DNA of 64,000 nucleotides from Spirochaetia bacterium (lineage in GTDB: Bacteria; Spirochaetota; Spirochaetia; UBA9216): NCBI GenBank assembly GCA_963677925.2, contig CAXXYH010000004.1, forward strand, positions 864,001 to 928,000, in the 5' to 3' direction. Made by a program: the position numbers and the translations under genes. The notes under the pieces were generated by a model that saw only the letters and a list, made by a program, of their open reading frames with translations, was not told where the DNA came from and ran no database searches. Shown here in pieces: positions 19,501 to 28,850 of this stretch; position 1 is the stretch's first letter; every line of letters begins with the position of its first letter.

Positions 19501-22075
19501 TATGAAGCTCGAAGAAACAAATTTAATTGTTAATTCTAAGCTTCGAGATTGGGAACCTGTCAAGGATAGAATTATAGCTGGCGTAAGTTCTTTTGGTATA
19601 GGTGGTACCAATGCACATGCGGTACTTGAAAAGTATAATTATGATGACATTTATGCTTCGTCCTCATCCTCGGAAAGGTTAATTTTCCCAGTTTCCGCTA
19701 AGAATGAAGATGTTCTTAAAGAGTATTTAAATCTATTATATTCCAGTATCAATGAATTCAAAAAAGAGGACATGATTAATGCTGCTTTTACCCTGAATAA
19801 TTATAGAAATAATTATATTTATCGAGGGTATTTCATTCTTTCATTAAAGAATTTGAATTCTCCTGATGATTTATCTGAAAATATATATTATTCAGTGAAA
19901 AAGGCATATAGTTCTCCAAAAGTTGTAATGCTTTTCTCAGGTCAGGGAACTCAATATACTGGAATGATTTCTGAACTCTACAATGAAAACCATGATTTTA
20001 GAAAAAACTTGCAATTTTGTTCTGACATTATAAAAAATAATACTGGTTGGAATGTAACTGAATTACTTTTTGATGAAAGATCAGAAATTTATCAGACTGA
20101 GTATACTCAACCATTATTGTTTGCTGTTGAATGGTCTATTGCTAAGACTTTAATTGATTATGGTCTGGATATCGATTATTTAATTGGACATAGTCTTGGT
20201 GAATATACAGCAGCGTGTATAGCCGGAGCATTTTCTATTGAGGAGGGTCTTCAGCTTGTTATAGATCGGGGAAGAATAATGGCTTCTGCAGGTGAAGGGC
20301 ATATGCTAGCCGTTTTTTGTTCATTTGACTCCATTGAAAGTATACTTGAAGATTATAAAGTATCTGTTGCTGGAAAAAATTCACCAAAACAAGTAGTTCT
20401 ATCAGGATCGAAATCATCAATTTCAGAAATACAAAAAATATTTGATGATAAAGGAATTATATCAAAACAACTTGGAATAAATTCAGCTTTTCATAGTGAG
20501 TTGATGGAGCCTATTCTCGATGAATTCAGAATCGCTGCCGCTCGGATTTCCTATAAACCTCTAAATAAAATTGTTGTATCAAATTGTACAGGTAACAAAC
20601 TTGAGAAGGGATTTATTTATAATGCTGATTATTGGGTTAAACATCTTCGGGGAACGATTTTATTTGAAGATGGTATAAAAAATCTGGCAGACATAGAGGA
20701 AGCTGTATATATTGAAGCGGGTCCGGGGGCTGTATTAATTAATTTTATAAGAGTAACTCTAAAAGATAATATTAAAACTACTATTCAAACTATTCCCGTA
20801 TCTGGAAACAACACTAATGGAGCCTTATTTTTTACAAAAGCCATTGGAGATATTTGGAAAGCTGGATGTAATATTAATTTAGATTATGTAAATTCTATTG
20901 AATCATCTAAAAGAATTAATCTACCTACTTATCCATTTTTAAAAAAGAAGTTGTGGATTTCTCCGGACAGAAGTTTTTCTGGATCAACCAACAATAAAAA
21001 ATTACAGAAAGTCATAGCAAACGAAATGAAAACTGAAGATGTTTCTGTTAAAAATAAATTAAAAAGAATTTGGTCTATAGTTTTAGGTTATGAAGATGTT
21101 TCAATAGATGAAAATTTCTTCGATTTAGGTGGAGATTCTTTACTTTCTGCAAAATTAATCAAGGAAATTAATGAACAGTTTCTAACAAAGATTACACTAA
21201 AAGAGGTTATGACGAATCCTACTATTAGTGGTATGGAATCGATAATTAATAAAAAAAATATTTCCAGGAATACCTTTACTGAAAGCTCAAATATGAATTA
21301 TGTAATTAAGCTGAATGATTCGGATTCTGATGAATTGTTCTATTGTGTCGTCGGGGTTCAAATATACAAAGAATTAGCTGAAAATCTCTCAGACATTGGT
21401 CGTTGTTATGGTACTTATTTACCTGAAGAAGAAGAGCTTATGAAAGGAAATTTGAAAGAAGATCAGTGGGATGTCAAAGATTTAGCAAGAAGTTATAAGA
21501 AAATAATTATCGAGCACAGTAAAGGTGTATCTGTTAATCTTATCGGAATTTCATTTGGTGGATTGGTAGCATATGAGATTGCAAAACAATTAAAAGAGAA
21601 TGGTATTGATGTAAAATTGCTTGTTATGTTGGATTCATTATTGCCGTTTGGTATCAAAAGGATTCCATATAAGTGGGTGAAATCTCATATTATTGATATT
21701 TTGAAAAATGGATTTCAAAAAGAAAATAAGAAAAAAATAAAAAATCTGATCAATAAAAAAAGAGATTTGGAAAATGATCTTATTATTAATAAACGTCAAG
21801 ATATCTATAAAGCCGCCCTTGAATTATTTGTAAATCAGCCTCAAACTATTTATTACGGTGAAAGCTTATTGGTTAAGGCGCAGGATGAAAATAATTATCC
21901 TGGATATAAAGTAGATCCGGTTTATGGTTGGGAAAAGTATATAAATAAAGATAAGATTCATACGTCTATCTCCCCTGGAGGGCATTTGGATATTCTAAAA
22001 AGTCCGAATGTAAGAATCACTGCAAAATCAATTAGAGATAATTATCTCAGAATTTTAAATGATAAAATAAAATAA
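16508..22075 (+). CDS. Hybrid NRPS-type I PKS: A(Gly)-PCP-KS-AT-ACP-TE
   Basis: A cores YTSGSTGKPKG, YGPTE, YNTGD, NKIDR; hand-derived code DILQLGMIWK (Gly-type); PCP GGYS; KS VQSGCSTS/HGTGT/NIGH; AT GHSLGE/AFHS; ACP GGDS; TE GISFGG...GGH. Confidence 0.93.
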   Translation: MNRETSVWYGKNTSLSNYKCWLDLFYKNVELTPDKIAVIFENRYISYRELDLLSNWFCNQILKNSNNDNDFIGIHLKRSHIMLAAMIGVAKAGKAYLPLDPSFPKARLLYMLEDSGTKLIIADENTGLEDVIGNKEIQLVDSGNCVQEEQIDFIEYNLEKQPAYILYTSGSTGKPKGVVVGHKAFLNFLLSMKEEPGCNSSDVLLALTTISFDISGLELFLPLICGGTIYVVSREVVLNPKKMLNIIETNEISIIQGTPALWKLLIDYGFKGKDGLKILCGGDIFPLDLAINLYNTGCPIWNMYGPTETTIWSSVYKLEKEPDVAPYIGFPIANTGFHILDEDLDPVEKGEAGLLWISGDGLSDGYWKKQAQTNEVFKKINNNSGQFFYNTGDWVYETIDGNIAFSGRKDNQVKIRGYRIEISEIEKSLINIPAIKDAVVLSRKDSKENTILVAFYILDQIDEEISSSFIRNELANTLPEYMIPAYYFKLDKFPMTLNNKIDRTAFPDIGTIEKQSESKVQKTLTLLEYIQKCWNESLGHKNFSEHDNFFDVGGYSVLIVDILHKIGTFLNKDIDPLIFFENPTIYSLNKALTTNKEDIIIDSASMDKDTLLEDSDDLTLAIIGMSCAVPGAENVEEFWELLSQGKSGILEHSVDDLINAGMPLEVIEQPNYIRKSGILPSTEYFDHEFFGYSPKEAKFMDPQHRLFMQHCYKALESAGIKSTDDNKTAVFAGSGQNKYLLKNIIFSSEKEEFSDFQIMVGNENDFLASRVSYKLNLRGPAVTVQSGCSTSLVAVQLGYQSLLNYQCDMALCGGVSLNVPVTEGYLYEEGSILSPTGECRAFDVDADGTVFGSGVGVILLKRLSDAVRDNDPIIALLRSVAINNDGADKIGYTAPSIRGQAEVISEALALADVSPELISYVETHGTGTILGDPIEISGLKKALNAQSSDNHKCYIGSVKTNIGHLDTAAGIVSLIKTALSIKNKKIPASLNYLAPNPVMKLEETNLIVNSKLRDWEPVKDRIIAGVSSFGIGGTNAHAVLEKYNYDDIYASSSSSERLIFPVSAKNEDVLKEYLNLLYSSINEFKKEDMINAAFTLNNYRNNYIYRGYFILSLKNLNSPDDLSENIYYSVKKAYSSPKVVMLFSGQGTQYTGMISELYNENHDFRKNLQFCSDIIKNNTGWNVTELLFDERSEIYQTEYTQPLLFAVEWSIAKTLIDYGLDIDYLIGHSLGEYTAACIAGAFSIEEGLQLVIDRGRIMASAGEGHMLAVFCSFDSIESILEDYKVSVAGKNSPKQVVLSGSKSSISEIQKIFDDKGIISKQLGINSAFHSELMEPILDEFRIAAARISYKPLNKIVVSNCTGNKLEKGFIYNADYWVKHLRGTILFEDGIKNLADIEEAVYIEAGPGAVLINFIRVTLKDNIKTTIQTIPVSGNNTNGALFFTKAIGDIWKAGCNINLDYVNSIESSKRINLPTYPFLKKKLWISPDRSFSGSTNNKKLQKVIANEMKTEDVSVKNKLKRIWSIVLGYEDVSIDENFFDLGGDSLLSAKLIKEINEQFLTKITLKEVMTNPTISGMESIINKKNISRNTFTESSNMNYVIKLNDSDSDELFYCVVGVQIYKELAENLSDIGRCYGTYLPEEEELMKGNLKEDQWDVKDLARSYKKIIIEHSKGVSVNLIGISFGGLVAYEIAKQLKENGIDVKLLVMLDSLLPFGIKRIPYKWVKSHIIDILKNGFQKENKKKIKNLINKKRDLENDLIINKRQDIYKAALELFVNQPQTIYYGESLLVKAQDENNYPGYKVDPVYGWEKYINKDKIHTSISPGGHLDILKSPNVRITAKSIRDNYLRILNDKIK

Positions 22076-22194
22076 ATTGGAAAAATTTAGACAGGATTAC
22101 CACCTGCTATTTTAAATTATTTGAATCTTTCTTAAAAACTTTGAATTTAGTGTATAATTATAAACAGTAAAAAAATTCAGGTGAAGGTAAAAAT

Positions 22195-25100
22195 ATGAGT
22201 GTTATGATAACTTCTATCAAGCGTTATTTTCAAACAGTTAACGCAATTTTAAAAGTTAATACTGCATATAATATTGTTCTTTGTTGTAAGCTTTCCGGGA
22301 AGATAGATATTCCTAAATTGCATAAGTGTTGGCTTGATTGTTCAGCTCTCATCCCTGAACTATATGGAGTTTGTGATGTTGAGAAGATCCAAATCGTATC
22401 CGAAGAAAAAGCATATAGTTTTGTTAAAAAAGAATCTGAAAATAATTTTGATTTAAGCGATTCTGGTGTCCCATTAAGGGCTTTTATCCTCGAGTTAAAT
22501 ACTTCTGATTGCTTGTTCTGTGTAATACAGCATCATTCGCTTATAGATCTCCATTCAAAAAACCTTCTATCAAGGACGATATCAGAACTATATAATAAAG
22601 GAAAGAGTTCTTTTAAGTTTCTTAAATACAAAGAAACAGAGCCAGCTATACTAAATATGGAGTTCTGGAAAAATCAGCTGGAAAATGAACCATCGCCTCT
22701 GTTGCTCCCTTCAGCCTTACCCGAAAGGGGTAATTTTACAGGTGATGGACATACAATTTTTGCAGATATGCCGGATTGGGTTGGTGCTGGACTTCAAAAT
22801 ATTGAAATTGAATATCAGCTTCAGGATTTCCTGATATTCCTGACTGTATATGCTGTTATGCTCTTAAGATTAAGCGGACAGGATGATTTCTTTATTGGAA
22901 TCCCGTTTTCAAATAGAAAGAACCCTGAGCGTGAGTTTATGTATGGTCCCTTTGTAAATGTTCTTCCACTTCGTGTGCAGATTGATAATTCTGATACATT
23001 CATCACTCTTTACTCAAAAATCAGAAAGCAAATGCTACTGCTGAACAGGAATCAGGATGCCCCTTTTCTTGAAATTTCCAGGCTTTATCTTGGTCAGCGT
23101 GATTCCAGGATTCCTTTTTTTATCCAGGCGGGTTTTACACGTGAAGATCCTTTTAATCTTGATCTGGATGGTCTTAAGTGTTCGACTGTTGATATTCGAC
23201 CTGATGGCGCCCAGATGGATCTTTTTCTGACATATTGGCAGGAAAATGATAGATTCCGGTATCGTTGGGAATATAACACTAATGCTTTTACTGAATCACA
23301 GGCTTTAGGTTGGAAAAAATCTTATGAGAATATACTTAAACAGGTATTAACACTCCCTGACATAAAAATTTCTGACATTTCAATGCTTCAGGATAGGTCC
23401 GGAGTTTCTGTCTTTAAGGAAACAATAAGGAAATATCCGGTTGAAATTCCTTTGCGAGCGCTTCTGGAAAAGGTAAGAAAACAAAATTCTGATATCACTG
23501 CAATCAGGGATAAAACCAGGAGCCTAAACTATAATCAGTTTGATAAGCTGGTAAATCAGTATTCATCTGTTTTATACGCAAAGGCAGGATCTGGAAAGTA
23601 CATCGCTGTGAGTATTGATAATTCCATTGAGCGGACCATTCTGATTCATTCAATAGTGAATTCCGGTAATGTCTATATCCCTGTTGATCCGAACTGGCCG
23701 TCTTCAAGGGTTGATTATATCCTTGGAAATTCAGGGGCAAGTCTTGCAGTTATTGAAAAACGCAATTCAGGAAAATACCAAAGCGATGTTGAAACAGTAT
23801 TTATAGATTATTTCCAGGTCTCTGATATAAGTACTGATATCAGAATGGATAAAAAACCTCACGATCCTTTTGCTGTGCTTTATACAAGTGGATCAACAGG
23901 TAACCCCAAGGGCGTTTTTATTAATGGGGACGGACTGATTAACAGACTCTACTGGATGCAGGAAGCCTATCCGTTAAAGCCGGGAGATTCTCTGCTGCAT
24001 AAGGTCCCATTTACGTTTGATGTTTCCATGTGGGAAATATTCTGGCCGTTTCTGTTCGGAGCTTCTCTTTATATTCCTGAACCGGCAAAACATCTTGATG
24101 ATAATTATCTTGCCAATACTATTCGTGAACAGAAAATTAAGTATGTTCACTTTGTTCCCTCACTACTTAAGAAATTTCTTGATTATGCAAAAAATACAGA
24201 TCTGCCGGAACTTAAAGCAGTTATTTGTTCCGGTGAGGCGCTTGAGGTTTCGCTTCTTGAGCAGTATTTTGCAAAAATAGGAAATAAACCGCTTCATAAC
24301 CTTTACGGCCCTACAGAGGCTTCTATTGATGTTACAGCGTGGACATGTTCAAAAGGTGATCTAGATAAGAAGCGAATACCTATAGGGTATCCCATAGCTA
24401 ATACAAGAATTTATATACTTGATAAATATGGAAAGCTCTGCCTGCCTTATGTTAAAGGTGATATTGTTATTGCAGGTATTAATGTTTCAGACGGATATGT
24501 CAATAATCCAGAACTTACTTCAAAGGTTTTTATTGAAGGTGACTGGGGATTTGGTCGTGAACGAGTGTATTTTACTGGTGATCTGGGGTTTTATTCCGAA
24601 CAGGGTATTATCTATTACGACGGTAGAAAAGATTCTCAAGTGAAGATAAACGGTATCAGGATTGAGTTGTCGGAAATCGAACGTCAGCTTGAAAAACTTA
24701 GATCAGTGAAAGCTGCTGCAGTTATAATCCCCGGTAAAAATCAAGGCGATATGACAATATTTGCGTATCTGAAAACTGAATCAAATATTGATATTACAAG
24801 TATTAAGAAGGACCTCTCTCATGTACTGCCAGGCTATATGATTCCTGGAACGTTTGTTGTTCTGGAAGATTTTCCTATGCTGACAAGCGGAAAGATAGAC
24901 AGGAAAGCTCTTACTGCCATTACCCCGGATGTGAAAACTGATTCAGCTTCTAAACCTGTAAAAGCTGCGGGGCATTCAGGAGAAATATCATCGTTGTGGA
25001 GTGAACTCCTTAATCTTGCAGAAATTCCTCTGGATATCAGTTTTTTTGATATTGGTGGTCATTCCCAGCTGCTTCCAGAACTTAAGAGCAGGCTTGAGAA

Positions 25101-25275
25101 ACTATCAGGTGTAGAGATAGAGCTGATTGATCTGTTCAATTATCCTACGGTACAATCACAGTGTGAGCTGCTCTTTAATTCCGGTTCTGAGGTTAAAATT
25201 GAGGTGTCCGGAAATGAGAGACGGCAGATAATGCGGCGTGCGGCTCAAAGAGGCAGGCAGCGGAGAAACGGGTAA
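22195..25275 (+). CDS. NRPS module C-A(Ser)-PCP
   Basis: C-domain HHSLID; A cores YTSGSTGNPKG, YGPTE, FTGD, GKIDR; hand-derived code DVWHISLIDK (Ser-type); PCP GGHS; Arg-rich C-terminal tail. Confidence 0.9.
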   Translation: MSVMITSIKRYFQTVNAILKVNTAYNIVLCCKLSGKIDIPKLHKCWLDCSALIPELYGVCDVEKIQIVSEEKAYSFVKKESENNFDLSDSGVPLRAFILELNTSDCLFCVIQHHSLIDLHSKNLLSRTISELYNKGKSSFKFLKYKETEPAILNMEFWKNQLENEPSPLLLPSALPERGNFTGDGHTIFADMPDWVGAGLQNIEIEYQLQDFLIFLTVYAVMLLRLSGQDDFFIGIPFSNRKNPEREFMYGPFVNVLPLRVQIDNSDTFITLYSKIRKQMLLLNRNQDAPFLEISRLYLGQRDSRIPFFIQAGFTREDPFNLDLDGLKCSTVDIRPDGAQMDLFLTYWQENDRFRYRWEYNTNAFTESQALGWKKSYENILKQVLTLPDIKISDISMLQDRSGVSVFKETIRKYPVEIPLRALLEKVRKQNSDITAIRDKTRSLNYNQFDKLVNQYSSVLYAKAGSGKYIAVSIDNSIERTILIHSIVNSGNVYIPVDPNWPSSRVDYILGNSGASLAVIEKRNSGKYQSDVETVFIDYFQVSDISTDIRMDKKPHDPFAVLYTSGSTGNPKGVFINGDGLINRLYWMQEAYPLKPGDSLLHKVPFTFDVSMWEIFWPFLFGASLYIPEPAKHLDDNYLANTIREQKIKYVHFVPSLLKKFLDYAKNTDLPELKAVICSGEALEVSLLEQYFAKIGNKPLHNLYGPTEASIDVTAWTCSKGDLDKKRIPIGYPIANTRIYILDKYGKLCLPYVKGDIVIAGINVSDGYVNNPELTSKVFIEGDWGFGRERVYFTGDLGFYSEQGIIYYDGRKDSQVKINGIRIELSEIERQLEKLRSVKAAAVIIPGKNQGDMTIFAYLKTESNIDITSIKKDLSHVLPGYMIPGTFVVLEDFPMLTSGKIDRKALTAITPDVKTDSASKPVKAAGHSGEISSLWSELLNLAEIPLDISFFDIGGHSQLLPELKSRLEKLSGVEIELIDLFNYPTVQSQCELLFNSGSEVKIEVSGNERRQIMRRAAQRGRQRRNG

Positions 25276-25287
25276 AGGAGCAGTCGT

Positions 25288-27264
25288 TTGTGCGGGATTA
25301 CAGGAATACTCAAGCCGGGACCGGCAAAAGAACTTAAAGCGGAAATCGAAAAATTAATTCCCTATATTGAGCATCGCGGACCTGACGGATGGGGCAGTTA
25401 CGGGGCTCCTGGGATTGCACTCGGGCACCGCCGTCTCTCTATTATTGATCTGAGTCTTGGAAGTCAGCCTATGGTGTCCGGAAATTCAGTAATAACCTTT
25501 AATGGTGAAATTTATAATTATCTGGAACTCAAAAAAGAGCTTGAATCACTTGGTGTGCTTTTTGAAACTAACAGTGATACTGAAGTTCTTCAGAAAGCAA
25601 TAGATTTCTGGGGAGATTCCGCTTATAGCAGGCTAAACGGACAGTTTGCTCTACTTCACTGGGATAAGAAAAGAAGAATATTAACTGCAGTACGGGACAG
25701 GTACGGAATTAGACCTTTATATTTTATGAAAACTGAAGGCGGCTGGTATTTTTCTTCAGAGATGAAGATTTTTGATCATATAGGCAGTCGAAAACGGTTC
25801 TGGAATCCTGAGAATCTGCTTGAGCATGGGCTTATCTGGAATACTTTGGGCGATTCCACAGTATACAGTAACATCTGCTCGCTTGAAGGCGGCTGTTTCC
25901 AGAAGTTCAGTGATGAAGGAACTTCCGGTCCGAAAAGATACTATGTTCTGGGGCAGGATGCTGGTGCAATGCTTACGGAAGCTCCAGATGTTTTGGCCGA
26001 AATCTTTCGCGAAAAGCTTTCAGAATCTGTCAAACTTAGGCTTCGAAGTGATGTTCCTGTTGGCTGTTACCTCAGCGGCGGGATTGATTCATCGGTAACC
26101 TCTTATCTTGCAAAGAAAATCAATAACAAATCATTTAAGAGTTTTTCAGTAACTTTCAGCGATCCATCCTTTGATGAGTCTGAATTCCAGAAGATAATGG
26201 TAAATTCGCTGGGGTTCGATCATTATTCTGTGAATATCGATGGCAAAGCTGTAGAAAATAATTTTTATAATGCGGCGAAACACTTTGAGAGGCCTGTTTT
26301 CAGGACAGCTCCGGTGCCGCTTTTTCTTCTTTCAGAGAAGGTTCGTGAAACTGATGTAAGGGTAGTGCTCACTGGTGAGGCTTCAGATGAAATTCTGTTT
26401 GGTTATGACACCAACAAGGAGCTTAAACTTCTTTCACTCTGGAAAAAAGGTTTGAGTGAGGAGGAGATTACAAAGATTCTCCTGCAGCTTAATCCGCATC
26501 TTGACCATTACAAAGATAAAGAGCAGGTTGGTTTTTTAAAAATGTACTACGAGGGTTTCCTGGATCGCTTTCAAAGTCCTCTTGGTGGACTGGTTATGCG
26601 AATCAGTAATAATCAGGTGTTAACCAATATATTTAATAAAGAATGGGGTCTTTCTTTCAATTTCAACAACCTTGCGGATAAAGTGGATTCATTGACTCCG
26701 CCACACGTTAAGCAGTGGGGCATATATCAGAAAAATCAATTCTGGGAGATGAAGACTTTGCTTTCCGGGTATCTTCTCTCTGCACAGGGAGACAGGATGG
26801 CGATGTCTCATGGTATTGAGGGCCGTTTTCCCTTTCTTGATCATAACCTCATTGAATGGCTGATGACTGTTCCTACAGATGTAAAAATAAATGATTTCTC
26901 AACAAAACATCTGCTTAAGGATGCTTTCAGGGATGTTATTCCGGAACCAATAATAAATAGGCCTAAAAGACCTTATACAGCACCCGACATAGCGTCATTT
27001 TTTCCTGGCGGCAGACGTGGAGAACTTGTGAAAAATTATTTAAATAGTGATATAGTGAGAGAGTACGGGATTTTTGAACCTAAAATGGTAGAAAGATTGA
27101 TTTTTAAAATAGAACGTCGAGGTCTTGAATCTGCGGGATACCGTGATAACATGATGACAACTTATCTGCTTTCCTCTCAAATTGTTGAAAGTCAAATCAG
27201 AAATCCTGAAATAAAAATTGTTGATTACTCGAATCAGACAGTGAGTGTGCTAGAGGAGTATTAA
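25288..27264 (+). CDS. asnB: Asparagine synthase (glutamine-hydrolysing)-type amidotransferase
   Basis: N-terminal MCGI, HRGPD, HRRLSIID, NGEIYN, RDRYGIRPL, LSGGIDS, GEASDE, RFPFLD; AAAGGAG RBS before TTG. Confidence 0.92.
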   Translation: MCGITGILKPGPAKELKAEIEKLIPYIEHRGPDGWGSYGAPGIALGHRRLSIIDLSLGSQPMVSGNSVITFNGEIYNYLELKKELESLGVLFETNSDTEVLQKAIDFWGDSAYSRLNGQFALLHWDKKRRILTAVRDRYGIRPLYFMKTEGGWYFSSEMKIFDHIGSRKRFWNPENLLEHGLIWNTLGDSTVYSNICSLEGGCFQKFSDEGTSGPKRYYVLGQDAGAMLTEAPDVLAEIFREKLSESVKLRLRSDVPVGCYLSGGIDSSVTSYLAKKINNKSFKSFSVTFSDPSFDESEFQKIMVNSLGFDHYSVNIDGKAVENNFYNAAKHFERPVFRTAPVPLFLLSEKVRETDVRVVLTGEASDEILFGYDTNKELKLLSLWKKGLSEEEITKILLQLNPHLDHYKDKEQVGFLKMYYEGFLDRFQSPLGGLVMRISNNQVLTNIFNKEWGLSFNFNNLADKVDSLTPPHVKQWGIYQKNQFWEMKTLLSGYLLSAQGDRMAMSHGIEGRFPFLDHNLIEWLMTVPTDVKINDFSTKHLLKDAFRDVIPEPIINRPKRPYTAPDIASFFPGGRRGELVKNYLNSDIVREYGIFEPKMVERLIFKIERRGLESAGYRDNMMTTYLLSSQIVESQIRNPEIKIVDYSNQTVSVLEEY

Positions 27265-27266
27265 TT

Positions 27267-27509
27267 ATGTCATTGAAACAAATGTTGATAGATTTTATTT
27301 GTCAGAATTTTATGGTTGAAGAACATGAGATAGATCTTGATGAATCTCTCATTGACCAGGGAATTATTGATTCATTTGGTCTTGTGGAGATTTCCGGGTT
27401 TCTTAAAAAGGAATTTGGAATTGAAACTGATCAGTCTGACATGAACAGGGCAAATTTCGGATCAATAGAAAAAATAGTAATATATGCAGAATCAAAGCGT
27501 TTGAAATAA
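27267..27509 (+). CDS. Free-standing acyl/aminoacyl carrier protein
   Basis: 80 aa acidic protein with 'GIIDSFG' phosphopantetheine site and 'NFGSI' end. Confidence 0.88.
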   Translation: MSLKQMLIDFICQNFMVEEHEIDLDESLIDQGIIDSFGLVEISGFLKKEFGIETDQSDMNRANFGSIEKIVIYAESKRLK

Positions 27510-27518
27510 GCGAAGTGC

Positions 27519-27818
27519 ATGGAAAAATTATTCTTTACCTGACTAAGCAGTGTTAGTTTTAAAAAAGATGACGGCTGCTGGCTTGATTTATATTATAAGA
27601 ATATCAATTTGGTTTCGCGGAAAATAGCTGTAATATTCGAAGATAGGAGAATTTCATATAGGAAACTTGATTATCTTGTAAACTGGTTTTTCGACAAAAT
27701 ACGCAGTTTATATTCATCCGGGACTCTGTTTGCAGGCATTTTTACAAAATATTCCAATTTGATGCTTGCAGCTAATTTTCTAAGGAATTATGTATGGAAT
27801 CAACATTTTATAAGATAA
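27519..27818 (+). pseudogene. Truncated duplicate of the 5' end of the NRPS-PKS A domain
   Basis: CWLDLYYKN...KIAVIFEDRRISYRKLDYLVNWF...GIFTKYSNLMLAA aligns with CWLDLFYKN...KIAVIFENRYISYRELDLLSNWF...GIHLKRSHIMLAA (from 16565). Confidence 0.8.
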
Positions 27819-27950
27819 CGGGCTTTCTATCAATTAATCAAAAAACTTAATGTGAAAAGTAATAAAAAGGCTCTCTCTATCAAAATCTCTATAAAAAGAC
27901 TTTGTCTCTAAATATAACGTTGTTTTTTCAGAGTGACTATTGTAAAAAAG

Positions 27951-28850
27951 TTATTTAACTGCTTCCATATAAATTGCGACATCTGTCCATAATCTATCAA
28001 AAACTGGGTTTTTCCTCATCACAGGTGAGAGACTTTGGCCTGCGGATAAGGAAATTACTTTTTCAAATCCAGCTTCAAAAAGGAAATTTTCTAGTTTGCA
28101 ATAATCCCACCAATTAACATGGTTTTTTCTATATTTCCGCTGTTTTTCTATCGAACATCGGCTTGTACATAGATTCATTGCATTTTGAAAATTATTATCT
28201 CTTATTATTGAATCAAATTCTTCATCGCTTATAGGATTATCTGCTCCATCTGAATGTATCATTGAAGCATTCGCAGCAAAATGGGATAGCATTACCTGTG
28301 GAAGCGTTGCTTTATTAAGTGGAGTAGAGAACTTCATTATGTCCATTATCTCCGGATAGCTAAACCCATCTAACCACCAAAAATATTGTCTATCGTTTCT
28401 TAAATATGCTTCATAATCTAATCTAATATTCGGGGTGACAATTTTAAATATGCCATCCTTTTTTAGTGTTCTATGGATTTCTTTGAAAAGGTAGATTGCT
28501 GAATCATCATCTATGTGTTCAATTGCAAAACGACTATGGAATAATTCTGCAGAATTGGATTCTATTGGAAGTTCATTTCTATCTAACGGATCATGTGCAA
28601 TATCGATTTCAGGATTAAATCTTGGATAAATCTCTTCACCGAGATCAACATCTATATTTGTCCAATAGGGATGGTAGAATTTACCACCGAAACCAAAATG
28701 ACCTCCTGCTGAAATATTATAAAATGCTTTCTCTTTAACACTTTTAATCCCATAAATTTCGGAATACTCTGAGAGTCTTTCTATTTTATTATCTGATTTT
28801 ATAACATCATATCCAAAAGATTTTAAAAACTTTTTAATTCGCTTTTTCAT
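27951..28850 (-). CDS. Class I SAM-dependent methyltransferase
   Basis: NISAGG, WTNID, LPIESNSAELFHSRFAIEHI, EIHRTLKKDG..KIVTP motifs. Confidence 0.75.
   Translation of the reverse strand: MKKRIKKFLKSFGYDVIKSDNKIERLSEYSEIYGIKSVKEKAFYNISAGGHFGFGGKFYHPYWTNIDVDLGEEIYPRFNPEIDIAHDPLDRNELPIESNSAELFHSRFAIEHIDDDSAIYLFKEIHRTLKKDGIFKIVTPNIRLDYEAYLRNDRQYFWWLDGFSYPEIMDIMKFSTPLNKATLPQVMLSHFAANASMIHSDGADNPISDEEFDSIIRDNNFQNAMNLCTSRCSIEKQRKYRKNHVNWWDYCKLENFLFEAGFEKVISLSAGQSLSPVMRKNPVFDRLWTDVAIYMEAVK

Noticed and set aside
25288-27509. AsnB-like gene as a lasso-peptide cyclase
   Set aside because: It has an intact MCG glutaminase start, and no B1/B2 proteins or precursor peptide are nearby
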